Assembly: GCF_041956535.1 (NCBI RefSeq)
Contig: NW_027192201.1
Span: 610,206 to 674,205, forward strand
DNA length: 64,000 nucleotides
From: Calcarisporiella thermophila CBS 279.70
Taxonomy: Eukaryota > Fungi > Calcarisporiellomycota
Direction of reading: 5' to 3'
In this document: piece by piece, positions 1 through 12,810 of the stretch
How positions within the stretch are numbered: position 1 is the stretch's first letter
Layout: each line of letters starts with the position of its first letter
The notes under the pieces: model-generated
Seen by the model: the letters and a program-made list of their open reading frames with translations, nothing else
Databases searched by the model: none
What the model was told of the DNA's origin: nothing
Position numbers and translations under genes: made by a program

Positions 1-1039
1 TCATCACCAAACCTGCCAGAGCGACATTTTCGTGAAATTGCAAATCCTGCTGTCCAAGCGCTTTCTATCGCATGCATAGAAATTATGGCGGCGCCCGTGA
101 GCTCTATTGAAATTGTGGGATATCTACTCGATATCACATTAGCGCGCAGTAAACACAGTACTGGTATCCCTGCTTCCGTTCTTCATGCTGTTGGTCTATT
201 ACTCTCGTGCTTGCCGGTAGAAAATTTTGTGAAGCCTGTTTGGGCAGAGTTTGCGTTTATGATTTCGTCTGATCCATACCTCTTGGGGTGGTCTGAACCG
301 TGTCCAATGGTATTTTATAATTCTTATTATAAGAATAACAGTGCACTAAGTGGCTAATATATTGCAGGCACCATCGGGCGGTGATATTTTTGATAATGAG
401 GCTTTACTTATGTCTGGCGTGGCATTACGCCAAGAGACGGCCACGGCAGTTTTCCCCTACGTATTCAATGACTATACTTTTAATTTACATAACTTCACGA
501 CAAACACCCCAAACAGCTTTCTCACGCTATATCACAGCCTCTTGCATTACTCGAGTTTAGACCAGTTTTCACTCTTTTTACCATTCTTGCGTTCTATACG
601 CGAGCAAGCCACAACGGATATACAACTGCTATATGTATGCGCTATAATTGGGCCTGCTTTACATAGAATTGAAAAGCTTCCTGCAATTGCTACTGAGGTT
701 AAATTTTTTTAAAATATCCCACTACACTATCAGCCACTTACTCTTATTTTAATAGTATGCATTAGAGTTAATGTTAATGGTGAGCAAAGTTACCTGCAAG
801 CTGGATATAACTATGGTCGGAACTACGAACGCGTTGGAGCGAGTGTATCTCTTTTTGTAAGTTCGATATATATTTTCAATTGAATACTAATTTCTCAATG
901 CATTCATATGCCACGTAGGTTCCATGTTAAGCATCTCTTTACTCGCGATACTCAAACAATTACAAGTGTCCAAGAAATTATTCAGACAATGCACCCAACT
1001 GTGAAGGAACGTTTATACAAACTGACGTTGACTGTTTAA
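1..1039 (+). CDS. MED23: Mediator subunit MED23, C-terminal part (5' truncated by window edge; 3 introns visible)
   Basis: Frame 1 from base 1 reads HFREIANPAVQALSIACIEIMA, resembling human MED23 RFNEFPNPAAHALHVTCVELMA. Later exons give TDIQLLYVCAIIGPALHR and FLFHVKHLFT...IIQTMHPTVKERL, matching the MED23 C-terminus. Stop TAA at 1037-1039. Confidence 0.85.
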
Positions 1040-1456
1040 TTAATTCTGAAAATCAACCTTTTTATCTAATGAATTTTAGCGGGTTTTAATGCTAATTAAG
1101 AACCTAAATCGTTCTCAAGCTTTGGGCTAAACAGAAATATTTGGTCATCAAACTAATATAATCCCCACTGATGCACCAGAGGATGCGTTTCTTATTACTT
1201 ACATATTTCTATTGCTGAGAAATATATTCTCGAAGCGGATATTCTGCTTTTCATATGTCACTTTATAACTGAAATTTCATAGTCAGATTTATAAAATGTG
1301 GACCCCTTAACTTTATATGACTGCTAATATTTGTAAACATTAATTTTATATCCCTGTTAAAGTCGAAATTACGAATTTATTTATTCAATTTTCTTAGCGT
1401 TTCTCCCACTTAGACTCAATTGGTGTCAAGAACTTTTCAAGGTATACTGGATTATC

Positions 1457-2647
1457 ATGTCGGCTGCTCCGGGCGGTAAAATAATCAAAGCTTCTGAAAT
1501 TGCTGCATTTTACAGGTAACATATTTGTAAAAGTGTATAAGCATTTTTAACGAATAACATTTTTGCATTTCTCATATTAAAACATATTAAAGCGATGAGG
1601 TGAAAAAACTTGCCCATTCGCGCTCAGTGAAGCCCAAGCTTGTAGGCTTTCTTGCCAACGCTGATCCTGCTGCTGTTAAGTATGCTGAGTGGACCGGAAA
1701 ATCCTGCAACAATGTAGGAATTGAATTTGAGCTGCGAAAAGTTGACAAACAAGAGCTGGAAGAAGAAATTGTTAAGGCCAATGAAGATAATTCTGTACAT
1801 GGAATTATGGTTTACTACCCTGTTTTTGGTGACAGACAGGTATTTTTCTTATTAACAAACTATATTTTATTATGGTATGTATTAAATTTTATACTTTTAA
1901 ATAATATAGGATCAGTACCTTCAAAACGTAGTTAGCGTGGACAAAGATGTCGAAGGACTTTGCCATAAACATGTTTACAACATGTATCATAATATTCGTT
2001 TCCTTGACGAGGGACAAACTAGAAAAGGAATTATTCCTTGTACTCCTTTAGCTATAGTTAAGGTAAGAAAGATATTTTATACAGTGCGCATCTGACCATA
2101 TAATAGTATATCACATCATTTTAGATCCTGGAGTATATCGGTGTATATAACAGAGTTCTTCCATATGGCAACCGTTTACACGGAAGAGTTATTACTGTAA
2201 TTAATCGAAGTGAGATTGTCGGTCGCCCCCTTGCTGCACTTTTGGCCAACGATGGTGCGAAGGTGTTTTCTGTAGATATTAATGGCGTTCATGAATATTA
2301 TCGGGGGGTTGGGATTCGTCTATCTAGACACGAGGTTTGTGAATTTGGGGAAATGTACTCTTATCAACCTGCACTAATTTAGTATTGGCTGACAATAGGT
2401 TAGAGAAACTAATCTGACTGTAGACGAAGTAGTACCACAGTCGGATGTAGTAATAACTGGAGTTCCTACCCCAAATTATAAGTTAAAGACTTCGCTTGTG
2501 CGAGACGGGACTGTAGTGATCAACTTTTCCTCATTCAAAAACCTCGAAGAGGATATTGCTACAAGGGCATCCATAGTGGTCCCTTCAGTTGGGAAAGTTA
2601 CTATTACAATGTTGCAGCGCAATCTTCTAACTCGTGTTCTTCAATAA
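1457..2647 (+). CDS. MTD1: NAD-dependent methylenetetrahydrofolate dehydrogenase (spliced)
   Basis: KLVGFLANADPAAVKYAEWT, VHGIMVYYPVFG, KDVEGL, IPCTPLAIVK, INRSEIVGRPLAALLANDGA and VPSVGKVTI motifs typical of yeast Mtd1; GT-AG introns. Confidence 0.93.
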
Positions 2648-2761
2648 TGAATTTTATTATTGCTCTGCAAAATTTATTGCCAAGCTTATTACTACGCCAC
2701 ATATATTCTACGAAATCCTTTTAGGGCTTTTATTCTTCTTTATAACAAAACTATTGACAAT

Positions 2762-4406
2762 ATGAACGATTACCCTCCTCTGGGTAATCCGTTGCTTTCT
2801 CGTCCACTTTTTCCCAACTCGGTGAACCAGCTGCGTCCATATTATGTTCCTCCTACAGCACCAAAGATCTACTATACTCCTGGCGCGAATGATACAGATT
2901 CTTTAAGTGATTCTGCAGCTGATGTATCATATTCTCGCCAAACTATCAAAGATGTTGGAACATTTGCCTTGGTGAAGTACCTTACCACTGCAGTTGCAAG
3001 TCCATTTGAAGTAGCCAAAACAGTTTTGCAATGCCAATATTTGCCTAATGAAGAAATGGATGAACGCGAATCTTTAAAATTCGGGCAAGATTACGTGAGT
3101 TTTTTATTCTGCAATTTTTTATTCATTATAAATAGAGAAATTATTTTTAATTCTATGCTAGTTTTCAGATTCTGAAGATGATCTTTATGCCAATTTAGAG
3201 CGCAATCAGTTTGATCGTGATGAAACCGAGAGACTTGACCTAAAACAGCGGCAGAAAAAGTTTATTCGAAAACGGATGGGGACAGCTACGTCACAAAACT
3301 CTTACCAAATGCCGCCGTTAGAGGGGGGAATGTTGGATGCAATTGGTTTAATCTCGAAACATCCCACAGAAGGACCTGGAGCATTATTGAAAGGTAATCG
3401 GTTTTTACAATTTTTTTTTAACTTCAATTCCTGGACTTAAATATTATTAAACATAAAGGGCAATTCGCTTCTTGGATCTATGAGATGCTTTATCTAACGG
3501 TCCAGCCTCCATTGGAAAGCTTGCTAAATAATGCCTTTGACTTATATGATGACAATATCCCTCTTGCCAATTTGGAGGCAGTTGGACCAAATATTTCAAC
3601 GCTAGTTGCAAGCCACTTCGTAGTAGGTGTTCTACTAAGCCCATTGGAGCTGGTAAAGACAAGGTAATTTACAGACATTTAAATATGAACATTTTTCTTT
3701 GAGGCCTTATACTAAGTCATATGCACTGCTATTTAGGATGATTATTCAAACCTCAATTTCTCCGCACAAAAAATATCGAAATACTATACATTGTCTTCGC
3801 ACTGTAATCGCGGAGGAGGGACTTGCGCATCTCTATCTAGGCCCACACCTTGTACCTAACGTTCTTTATCATATATTGATTCCACTCCTTGGAAAACTAT
3901 TCCCTCTCATCATAGACCGCTGGTTACATACTACTGCTGCCGATGCTCCTGTATTATACGGACTCGCTGAACTGCTCCTCAACACTATGAGTTTATTGAT
4001 AACTCTTCCTTTAGATACAGTAAGGAAACGTTTGCATTGCCAGCCGCACCCTTATTCTTCAGCTCTTCTAGAAGAAAAATCATTCAAATCTATGGTGCAA
4101 CTATCTCCTCGAAGATATGCAGGTTTGCTAGATTGTTTGGGTAGCATAATTGCAGAAGAGGGCGAACAACGCGTTCGTACGGTGAAAAGCACCCGACGAA
4201 ATTTAAATGAGGAGTTTGAAGGAGAGGAACATACAAGGATAAAGATGCGTGAAGAAGAATTACGACGGAGGAGAAGAAAAGGATGGTTCAGTGGGTGGGG
4301 CGTTGGAGGCCTTTACAAAGGTTTTAGCCTACATTGCGCGACCAACTTGATGCTTTTCTTTTCGCAGGCAGTTGGTGGTTTCGACGATAGAGAGATTGAC
4401 TGGTGA
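2762..4406 (+). CDS. UGO1: Mitochondrial fusion protein Ugo1 (degenerate mitochondrial carrier / SLC25A46-like)
   Basis: N-terminal LRPYYVPP, carrier signatures PFEVAKTVLQ, PLELVKTR and PLDTVRKRL, and C-terminal GLYKGF; 3 introns. Confidence 0.85.
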
Positions 4407-4494
4407 AATATTTCGGGTGATCTGTGTTTCTATCAATATCTTGATTTTCAGTTTATTGCAAATTATAAATCTATGATTTTATCGAACTCAGAAA

Positions 4495-4502
4495 CAGTCA
4501 CA
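4495..4502 (+). promoter_or_regulatory. Perfect Homol-D box (CAGTCACA) about 70 bp upstream of the small ORF at 4575
   Basis: Exact match to the S. pombe ribosomal-protein promoter element, at a core-promoter distance. Confidence 0.5.
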
Positions 4503-4574
4503 CCCGCATTGCAAATAAACACTGAAAGTTTTAAACTCGAACAAAGCATCATCACAGCAAAAAAAAAGCACATC

Positions 4575-4886
4575 ATGAGCCCAAATCCACAAATCCCTTC
4601 TGTGATCGTGAAACACATAATAGCCCTTAATGGTCCATTAACAACACAGCAACTCGCCGCACACGCATCGAAATTTCCTCAGATTAGATCCACAACTTAT
4701 CTTAAGCGATATCTACTAAAAAATTTGGAGGCTCAAAGAGTATTATACAAGCGCGTGGAATGGCCATCTGGTCAACCAGAAAAATCAGGACGAAGTGAGG
4801 GCAAGCCGGTGTGGAAGTGGAGATTTAGGGATCAGAGCCAAATTGAAAAATATAAGACTGTTACCATAGAGCCTAATTCTGCATAA
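4575..4886 (+). CDS. Small basic winged-helix-like protein (103 aa, intronless), possibly mitoribosomal mL80-like
   Basis: ATG in good context (catcATG). The pattern IVKHIIALNGPLTTQQL...STTYLKRYLLKNLEAQRVLYK...VWKWRF is helix-helix-helix-wing like, and the ORF has coding-like composition in AT-rich flanks. Confidence 0.7.
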   Translation: MSPNPQIPSVIVKHIIALNGPLTTQQLAAHASKFPQIRSTTYLKRYLLKNLEAQRVLYKRVEWPSGQPEKSGRSEGKPVWKWRFRDQSQIEKYKTVTIEPNSA

Positions 4887-6530
4887 GTGAAATGAATTCT
4901 ATATTATTACTCTGTTGCCTTTGTTTTATTGTCCTCTCTATATATCAATGACAATAGACGCTCATTTCTTTTATGTAGCTCTCAAATTGTTTTCTCAATT
5001 CTTTTAAACTACCTTTGCAATTGAAATTTAAATCTACTACTCAAACCATGCTATCAGTTTGTTCAAACTAAGGACTTTTCAAGGTCCCTACCTATGAATT
5101 GAATATAACTGCTGAACCTATAACTATTGTAACACATTCTTCTGTGTTCCTATAGATTTAAAGCGTATAACTCATCCTGCAAGATTTGGCTGATCGACAA
5201 TCAAACATACCACATATTACTGTGGATCATGTTTGAATAAACGATCGGTTTTGAGCGCAACATTCACATTTCGGATCTTGTATTATTAGTTTTACGTCTT
5301 TATAAATCCATGTATTATATCTAGTAGTGATAGGTAATATCTACTCATTTGCTTTATGTTGCAAACATTTTAGAGCCACCCTGACTCAAGCCAATAGGTC
5401 CTGTACCTATCCTTGAGCTCTGAATCCGTTTTGATAGCTGATGGACATTACAAAATTGAAGAGGGGGTTGCTTTATGTACTTTTATATAATCAGACTAGC
5501 TAATCGGTCTCTACATATAACATGATAATTTGATAATTGAGGCTAATGAATAAGGTTTGCCAAACGGATCTCAGAAGAATGAAAATAAGACTAGAATACA
5601 TTCTGCAGTGTGAAAATTTTGTAGTACAATAGTCCACATTTAAACACTTATACATTGCATGGATTGTATACAGACAAAAATGCGTCTACGTATTTTTTAA
5701 TTTTATCGAAAGAGTTGCATAAGCGCTAATTTTTCTTTATATTGTCATCACACAAAAATCTAGTTGAGAGCTGTTGTAGGTATTGTCGTTTAAAAAAGGT
5801 TTGAATTGTCAAAGATATATCCCTCTAGGTCTGTATAAAGAATAGTACATTTTTAAGCTGGCTATTGTGTCCACCTAGTGAATTCATACTAACCCACTAA
5901 CATCCTTTCTTAACGCGAAACTATAATAATAGACAATGGATATTCTCAATTGCTAGAGCATTTTTGATAATTTACTTCCTTACATCATCTCCCTATAGTA
6001 ATGACAGCTTCCACAGAAAAAGATACGAGGGGGTTAGTACGAGCAAAGTAGGGATTGAATTCCTGGCTCCTGGCTATAGAAACAGCGTTGAATTCCACAA
6101 TGGATATTTAACAAGAGATTATTCATTCCATTATAAAGGAATAGAACAAATATAAAAAAAAAATTTTTCGAGAATGCTTTCTGCGGTAGATGAAATGTGA
6201 GGTTAGTCAATGTATTTAATCAAATATTCAATCTGCCTCTTATATTTCTCCTATAGATAAAAGGAGTACTTCAAATCAGCTTGGTACAATAGGAGAAGTG
6301 CTCATTACTTTGATTTAAGGTTTGGGGATTATATATCAATTATGAATTACTTATTTTTAATAAAAGTGGTATATTTTATGATGGATTTTTTAATGAGGCA
6401 GAACAGTAACATTCAAAATGCATTATATTCTGCTTTCTATATTGAGCACGTCGATTGCTATATTAATATTAAGCTGTGCCACTAATGTAATGCTTTACAG
6501 TTAATTCTATTGCGAAATAATCAAAATTGA

Positions 6531-7163
6531 ATGATGAGCTCACAACACTTTATCCCGCCGATAGTATAGACCCATTCTCGATATATAGTGTGCTACAATG
6601 ATGCTCATACTCTTCATGCATTTATAGAATTTTGGTATGATTGAGGAAGATCTTTATCGATCAGGTCAGCCAAACCAACTCAATTTTCCATTCCTGGAGA
6701 AATTACGACTAAAGACAGTTGTGTGGCTAGCTCCCGAGGAACCCAACCAACAATTGTAAATGTAACATTTAACGTTTAATAGTATAGTATCGTTCTCATT
6801 GTTCTCTTACTTTAAATAAGCCTCGATTTTATTGACGATCAAGAGATACAAATCTATCAAGTGGGAAATGTCTCTTCCATAAATGCATGGGACCCAATAA
6901 CGGAGGAAGCTGTGCTTGAAGCACTCGAGATTATTCTCAACCCTCAAAATTATCCAATGACAGTAATGTGTAATCTTGGACGTCATCGAACGGGCACTGT
7001 TGTTGGATGCCTTCGAAAATTACAGCGTTGGAATCTGACCTCCATCTTTGAAGAATATCGACGCTATGCTGGTCCCAAAGTACGAGTTTTAAATGAACAA
7101 TTTATTGAGCTATTTGACACAGATCTTGTGCGTGTTCCCATCAATCATCCAAAATGGCTTTGA
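6531..7163 (+). CDS. OCA1: PFA-DSP family tyrosine/inositol-pyrophosphate phosphatase, Oca1-like
   Basis: Spliced FIPPI|[26 protein letters not shown]; P-loop CNLGRHRTG; FEEYRRYAG...EQFIELFD. Confidence 0.8.
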
Positions 7164-7680
7164 TATTGTAATAGTAGACTAATAAGTCGAAGCAACTACT
7201 TCGTTATATACCTATAATATTGCTGGATTTTTTTTTATTCTATTGTATATAAGATTGACAACTAAAATTTTTACATCTGGGAATTTGGTTGATATGAGGT
7301 ATAAACTCTATCTTCAATTCATACGGTGTGCTATAGTTAACTATAGTGGTTTAGGTATACACTGTAATACTTTTCATATAATCGTCAAGATAATGATTCT
7401 CAGATATTCATACTTAAGAAAGAAAAGATGCAAATTTATATTGCCTTTTTTCATTCAAAGTATCAAGCTGAATATTATCCACCTTGATACTTTGAATAAA
7501 ACGCGTTTATTTGGATTAGTTTTACGGGCGACACTACGTAGCAGTCAGATCTAACTTTATAGAAACCTTATTGATGTGATGGATTAAGGTGCCAATAATT
7601 TAGATTGTCGCGTAAAAAAAAACATAGCGAAAATAAATATGTAAATTGAAAAATAAGTAAAATTAATGGGAAAAAAAAAT

Positions 7681-10600
7681 TTAATGCTTGGATAAAGGGT
7701 CAAACAGGTCCAAATCCGCCGAACTCGGTTTCAAATTCTTCGTGTTCGAAGCTATTGAATTATTATTTGATTTCGTGGGTTGTAATATGCCAGTTCCACT
7801 GTTCCAAAAGGTTGGGTTGCCAGGTGATTTTTGGGCAGAAATTGATGGTGTGGTGGCAGATTGGGCATTAGTGACTATTGAAATACTTGGAAATATTTCC
7901 GGTGTTTTCAAAATATTTCCAGTAGTGCCACTCGTAGGGGGAGTTTGTAGTATTGGGAACTGGCCTATAGCTAAGGAATTTTGCCCAGATCTAGGAAGGG
8001 TCGTAGTTGATACACTAGGAGAAAGTACTGGTGGGGATACAGGTCGTTGAAACGAAGCATTATTCGAGAATTGAGTGGTAGTAGTAAACCCCGATGCAGT
8101 TGGTTTGGAAGGAGGAATGCTACCAGCCTCGATAGGGGATCGAGGTGCGGTGGCACTAAGGATTGCTTCGTTAATAGAAGAGAGACTTGATGTGTTTCGC
8201 TGTCGAGAAATGGTCGGGGATGTTGACTAGAAATTAAGATGATCAATTAATATAATGCAAAATCCTAAATTTAAATAAGAGAATAGGTACTGGGCGAGAC
8301 GAAGGGACAACAGTTGGTGTACTTGATGTGCTATTAGATTGTACTCCAGAAAACTCGCCAAACATCATTTCAGCACTGTTTTTAGTTGAGTTTCCAGAGG
8401 ACACTATAGCATTGAACCCGTTTAGTTCACCATTCACGCTTGTTGTACTGGACACCAACTTCTCGAAATCTACTAGTCCAGTGTCCGACTGAACAATCTT
8501 TGCCTCCGAAGTAGGGTATGATTTTTGTTGTTCTTCAAGAGATTTAAGGTCTGAGAGCTGTCGTGAATGCTGCTCTTCTACTTTTGTCGATAGCTCACGA
8601 ATAACTCTCATGAATCGCTTAAACTGATAATACATAGAAGTATGTTAGTTTGCGTAAAAAAAAATTTAAGTGAGCCTTACTTGATCCAGATTGAGCAAAG
8701 GGCCAATACTCATTTTCCATAATTCAGGGAGGATTTCCATTGCGATAGCTTCTTTGTCAAGGTGCTTTCCCATTTCCTCGTATACTGCTAAAGTTGCAAT
8801 CTAAAAATTATTGTAGCGCTTGAGATAAAAGTTATAGAAAAGTATTTAGTCTTTACCATTACTGCGGGTTCTTTGGTTTTTATATTTTTCAGCAATGGAA
8901 GTAGCTTTTCAGTCATTGTGAACTAAAAATCAATAGTTAGATATATGATACTCTAAATAAATTTTCAAAATGGGTCCTAACCTTGTCCAACATCTTAAGG
9001 AGAGAATGAAAGCATATCAGGGTGCTAACTTTGACCGACAGCACAGTCGTCTGCGCAAAAAGTGTTTGTATCCGAGGAAAAAGTGAAGATTTTACTGTCG
9101 TATAGTCGAGTGATTCACAAATAAATGGGACAGCTTTAAGTGTGCGATCTTGTACACCAGGTATATTTGTTTCCAAAGCATGGTAGACGAGTGGCATTAT
9201 CTCTATTTATGTAAAAACCTATATTAGTCTATTAAGGCCATCCAATCTAAATTTAAAACAATACCTTCTTTGAACACATTTGCTGAAGTTTTTTGTTGAA
9301 GTAGCTCAATTTTCTCTAACAAGCAAATCATTGTTTGTGGAGGGTCTCGTACAGTAAATATCGGCTTAAGTGTGGGCAAGACACGTTCAATGAAATCCTC
9401 TTTAGCTAAGTTTTTACAGATAAAGAACACATTTGGGAGAGTGTAGGGCAAGAGAGAATGGTCTTTGAGCTCTTCAAGGAGTACTTGGAGAATCTATATA
9501 TAAAATTGAAGATTAGTGAAAAGTTTGCTTTTTTTATTTAACTTGAAATGGACTTTTCTTTGCAAAACTCGTTCAGGGAATTGTGGAAGCACTCGAAGTA
9601 GGCCCTTCATGAATTGCGTTTTTTCTTCTTTCGTCTTTTCAGGGAGAGATTCCAAATATCTCATAGTTGAAACCAATAGGTTATCGAAATATTTACTCGA
9701 CTGGAATTCAATTGCTGTCATGCGAGTCGATGGGTTTCGAGTGATTAATCGGATTATTACCTCTATAAAAATAAAATTTGTAGAAAGCTAATGGAAATGC
9801 ACTATCAATAATCAATACCTTGCAGGTAAGACGGTAGTGAACTATAATCCATCTTTGAAAGTTGTTGCACCTGTTGCTCATATTTATGAGTGTTATTGAA
9901 CGTGTTTAGAAGGGTGGTTCCATGATTATGGACGGCATATATCAAATTGCCAAGTGCGAACATATCGTTTGCAAAATCTAGATTAGAGTCTAGAAGATAT
10001 TCAGGCGCTAAAATAAAAATAGTTATAAATTTAAATAATACATTAAGAATTTCTAAAATAGATATACCTAAGTAGTCCAAGTTTTTCTGGCTATAAGGGG
10101 GTAATCCCGGATCATATTCAAAATAGTCGAATGATGAATTCTCTCCCATTTGATTGAGATAAGTGCTAAAGCCAAAGCTAGAACAAAAATGATCAATCCG
10201 ACATATCTACGCATAAGCAATTCATTTTTCACTTACCCTCCAATTTTCCAGTCGCCCTATTAATATGAGTATTAGAGTAGAATAAATGAAATGAATACCG
10301 TTTTTTTTTTTCAAGTAAATATAAAAGAGAAGATAAAAAATAGGAGTGTATTTATAATTACCTTCGTATTAACAAATATTGCTTCAGGAACCAGATTGCA
10401 ATGAACAATTTTCGCGTCATTGTGGCAAAACTGTAGTCCTTTTCCAACTTGTAGAAGTCCTTTCTGAATCTAAATATAATAGTAATAACATTTGAAAAAT
10501 GGTAAATAAGGATATTCTGTACATAATAAACAGTTTATAAAATGATAATACGACATTACCTCCAGCTCATCTAAATCGAATTTTCTTATCTCTTCTGGAA

Positions 10601-11181
10601 CAGGTGATAAATTATCCGTATTCCCAAGTAAATTTGCGAGAGAAGCTAGTATAGATTCTGTCGCAAACACTATCTCTGATCGCGATTCACTCACTGGTTC
10701 CACAACTTCTAATAGGGATGGATGACGCAGTCGGCTAAGCTGACTTGCCTATTGCGTCAATGTGTAAGTCAGCTTGGATGAGAGTGAACCTCGGAACAAT
10801 TGCAATGAAAATTGGTTTACCTCTTTTTTTAACAGTTCATAGATTTTTTCGACTTCAGTGCGCATGCCGCCACCTCGCCGCAAGTACGGATCTAGGTTTT
10901 TTTTCTCAAAAATCTATGACGCGCCAAAAATGAAATTGGTTTGAGAGGTTAAGGATTTTAAATATTGGATAAGTGTAATAATCCTAAGAATCTCTTAGCA
11001 CTAGCTATAATGGTAATTGAAATGAAAAGGATACAAAAACGGAAACTTTTTGATTAGATCCTTTCCGCGTTGCAGTGTGTATTTTCCATAAACCAGAGCT
11101 TGCAACCTGTGGTCCTATTTCATAGCGACTTGTAATCGGATTGGAGAATGATTTGAGAAATGCGTACATTGCGGCACTCAT
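7681..11181 (-). CDS. SCY1: SCY1-like pseudokinase with HEAT repeats (Scy1/Ppk32/SCYL2), many introns including a 20-nt exon at 10237-10256
   Basis: GLWKIH, LSRLRHPSLLEVVEP, HCNLVPEAIFVN (no HRD), DWKIGGFG (no DFG), LDYLAPEY; HEAT region; low-complexity tail ending DLFDPL. Confidence 0.9.
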
Positions 11182-11354
11182 CTTGGGAAAAGTTTTGAAT
11201 ATGTGGGGAATAAACCAAGCGACAAGAGTCTCAAAAATTGCTGGATTTTGATAGAATTTTCAGAAATTTTACTTGGCCATACGGGCCAAAAACACTTCTT
11301 AAAATACTAAGCCAGAATTTTAGCGCTCTTGAATTTGAGTGCAGCTTTCACAAG

Positions 11355-12810
11355 ATGTCGGAAGCGGGAAATTGGTGTTTGATCGAAAGCGATCCAGGTA
11401 AATTGTTCATTTGCCGAAATGATGTGAAAATAGAACTTATTATATAATATTTCGGATGTTTTTAGGCGTATTTACTCAATTAATCGGAGAATTGGGTGCA
11501 CAAGACGTGCAAGTGGAAGAAGTGTGGAGCCTCGATGATAGTACCTTAGAGAGATTAAGGTAGTGGAAGACCTATACTAGGATTAATAAATAGCTATAGA
11601 GGAAATATTCTTAAATCTATTTTATTGTTATAGACCAATATTCGGCCTTATTTTTCTATTTAAATGGCAAGGTCGCGATGCAGACTCGGATATTGAGAGC
11701 GATTATCAAGCGGAAACGGATGAACATGTATTCTTTGCAAAACAGGTAATACATTGGTATTGCTACATATTCTATAAGAACAAATTATTGACTATAAACT
11801 AATAGGTCATAACCAATGCCTGCGCAACGCAGGCAATTCTCTCAATATTACTAAACTGTGATGATCGCATCGATATTGGAGAGGAACTACGCAACTTCAA
11901 AGCTTTCACTGCAGACTTTCCTCCAGAGGTTTATATTTAGGACGAGTTTATTCAGGATTGAATGAATATATAGATTTGTTACCCTAATAATAGCTTAAAG
12001 GCCTAGCAATCTCCAATTCTGACATGGTCCGTACAGCACATAATGCATTTGCTCAACCAGATCAATTCATTACGGAAAGTGGTGGTGAATCACAAGGTTC
12101 CAAAGAGGACGTATTTCATTTTATCGCATATGTTCCAGTGCGTGGAGCCCTCTACGAGTTAGATGGATTGCGAGAAGCCCCGTTGAACCTTGGTAAACTT
12201 ACAACAATTGAAATGGTGTTGTTGAGTTAAATAACGTTTAATCATAAAATAACAGGAGCATGCACTGATGAAGATTGGTTAGAAAAAGTGCGTCCGATAA
12301 TCCAATCTCGTATAGCAAGGTGATTATGTGAAATTAGAAAATTTCATATTTCTGATGTTCTTATTTTGCCTCAGATATGCGTCTTCTGAAATTAGATTCA
12401 ATTTAATGGCTGTCATCCGAAATCGGATGAAAGAATACGAACAGCGTCATGAGGAACTGTTGGCAAGGTTGTTCTCGCTGCCATCAGAGGAATCTGAAAT
12501 GTCTCCTGAACAAACTCAGGTTCGTTTGGAGATAGATGCTGAGCTGGAACAAATAAATTCAAAAATGCTGGAGGAAAGAAATAAGTTTAAGAGATACAGC
12601 GTAAGTGCCAATTCTAGTTCAAATACTATATTTAGATTTAGTTTAATGCAATCAATATTTTAGAGAGAAAATTCCCTTAGGAAGCATAATTTTATTCCAA
12701 TGATCCTGGAGGTCCTTAAGCTTCTCGCTAAACGAGATCAACTAGCACCTCAGATTGAGCGAGCAAAGACGAAAGCCGCAGAACTCCGTGATGATATGCT
12801 CGATTATTAA
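11355..12810 (+). CDS. UCHL5: Ubiquitin C-terminal hydrolase UCH37/UCHL5 (Uch2)
   Basis: [34 protein letters not shown] (catalytic Cys), [16 protein letters not shown]-terminal [11 protein letters not shown]. Confidence 0.95.

Noticed and set aside
5964-7554. AT-rich ORFs 5964-6155 and 7243-7554 (also 13137-13349, 24907-25143)
   Set aside because: Phe/Ile/Tyr/Leu-rich translations typical of noncoding AT-rich DNA; several use non-ATG starts.
10008-10067. 60-nt stop-free in-frame intron in SCY1 (a similar one is in PKC1 at 36593-36652)
   Set aside because: Canonical splice sites, and a few such introns among roughly 100 are expected by chance; no evidence of regulated retention.
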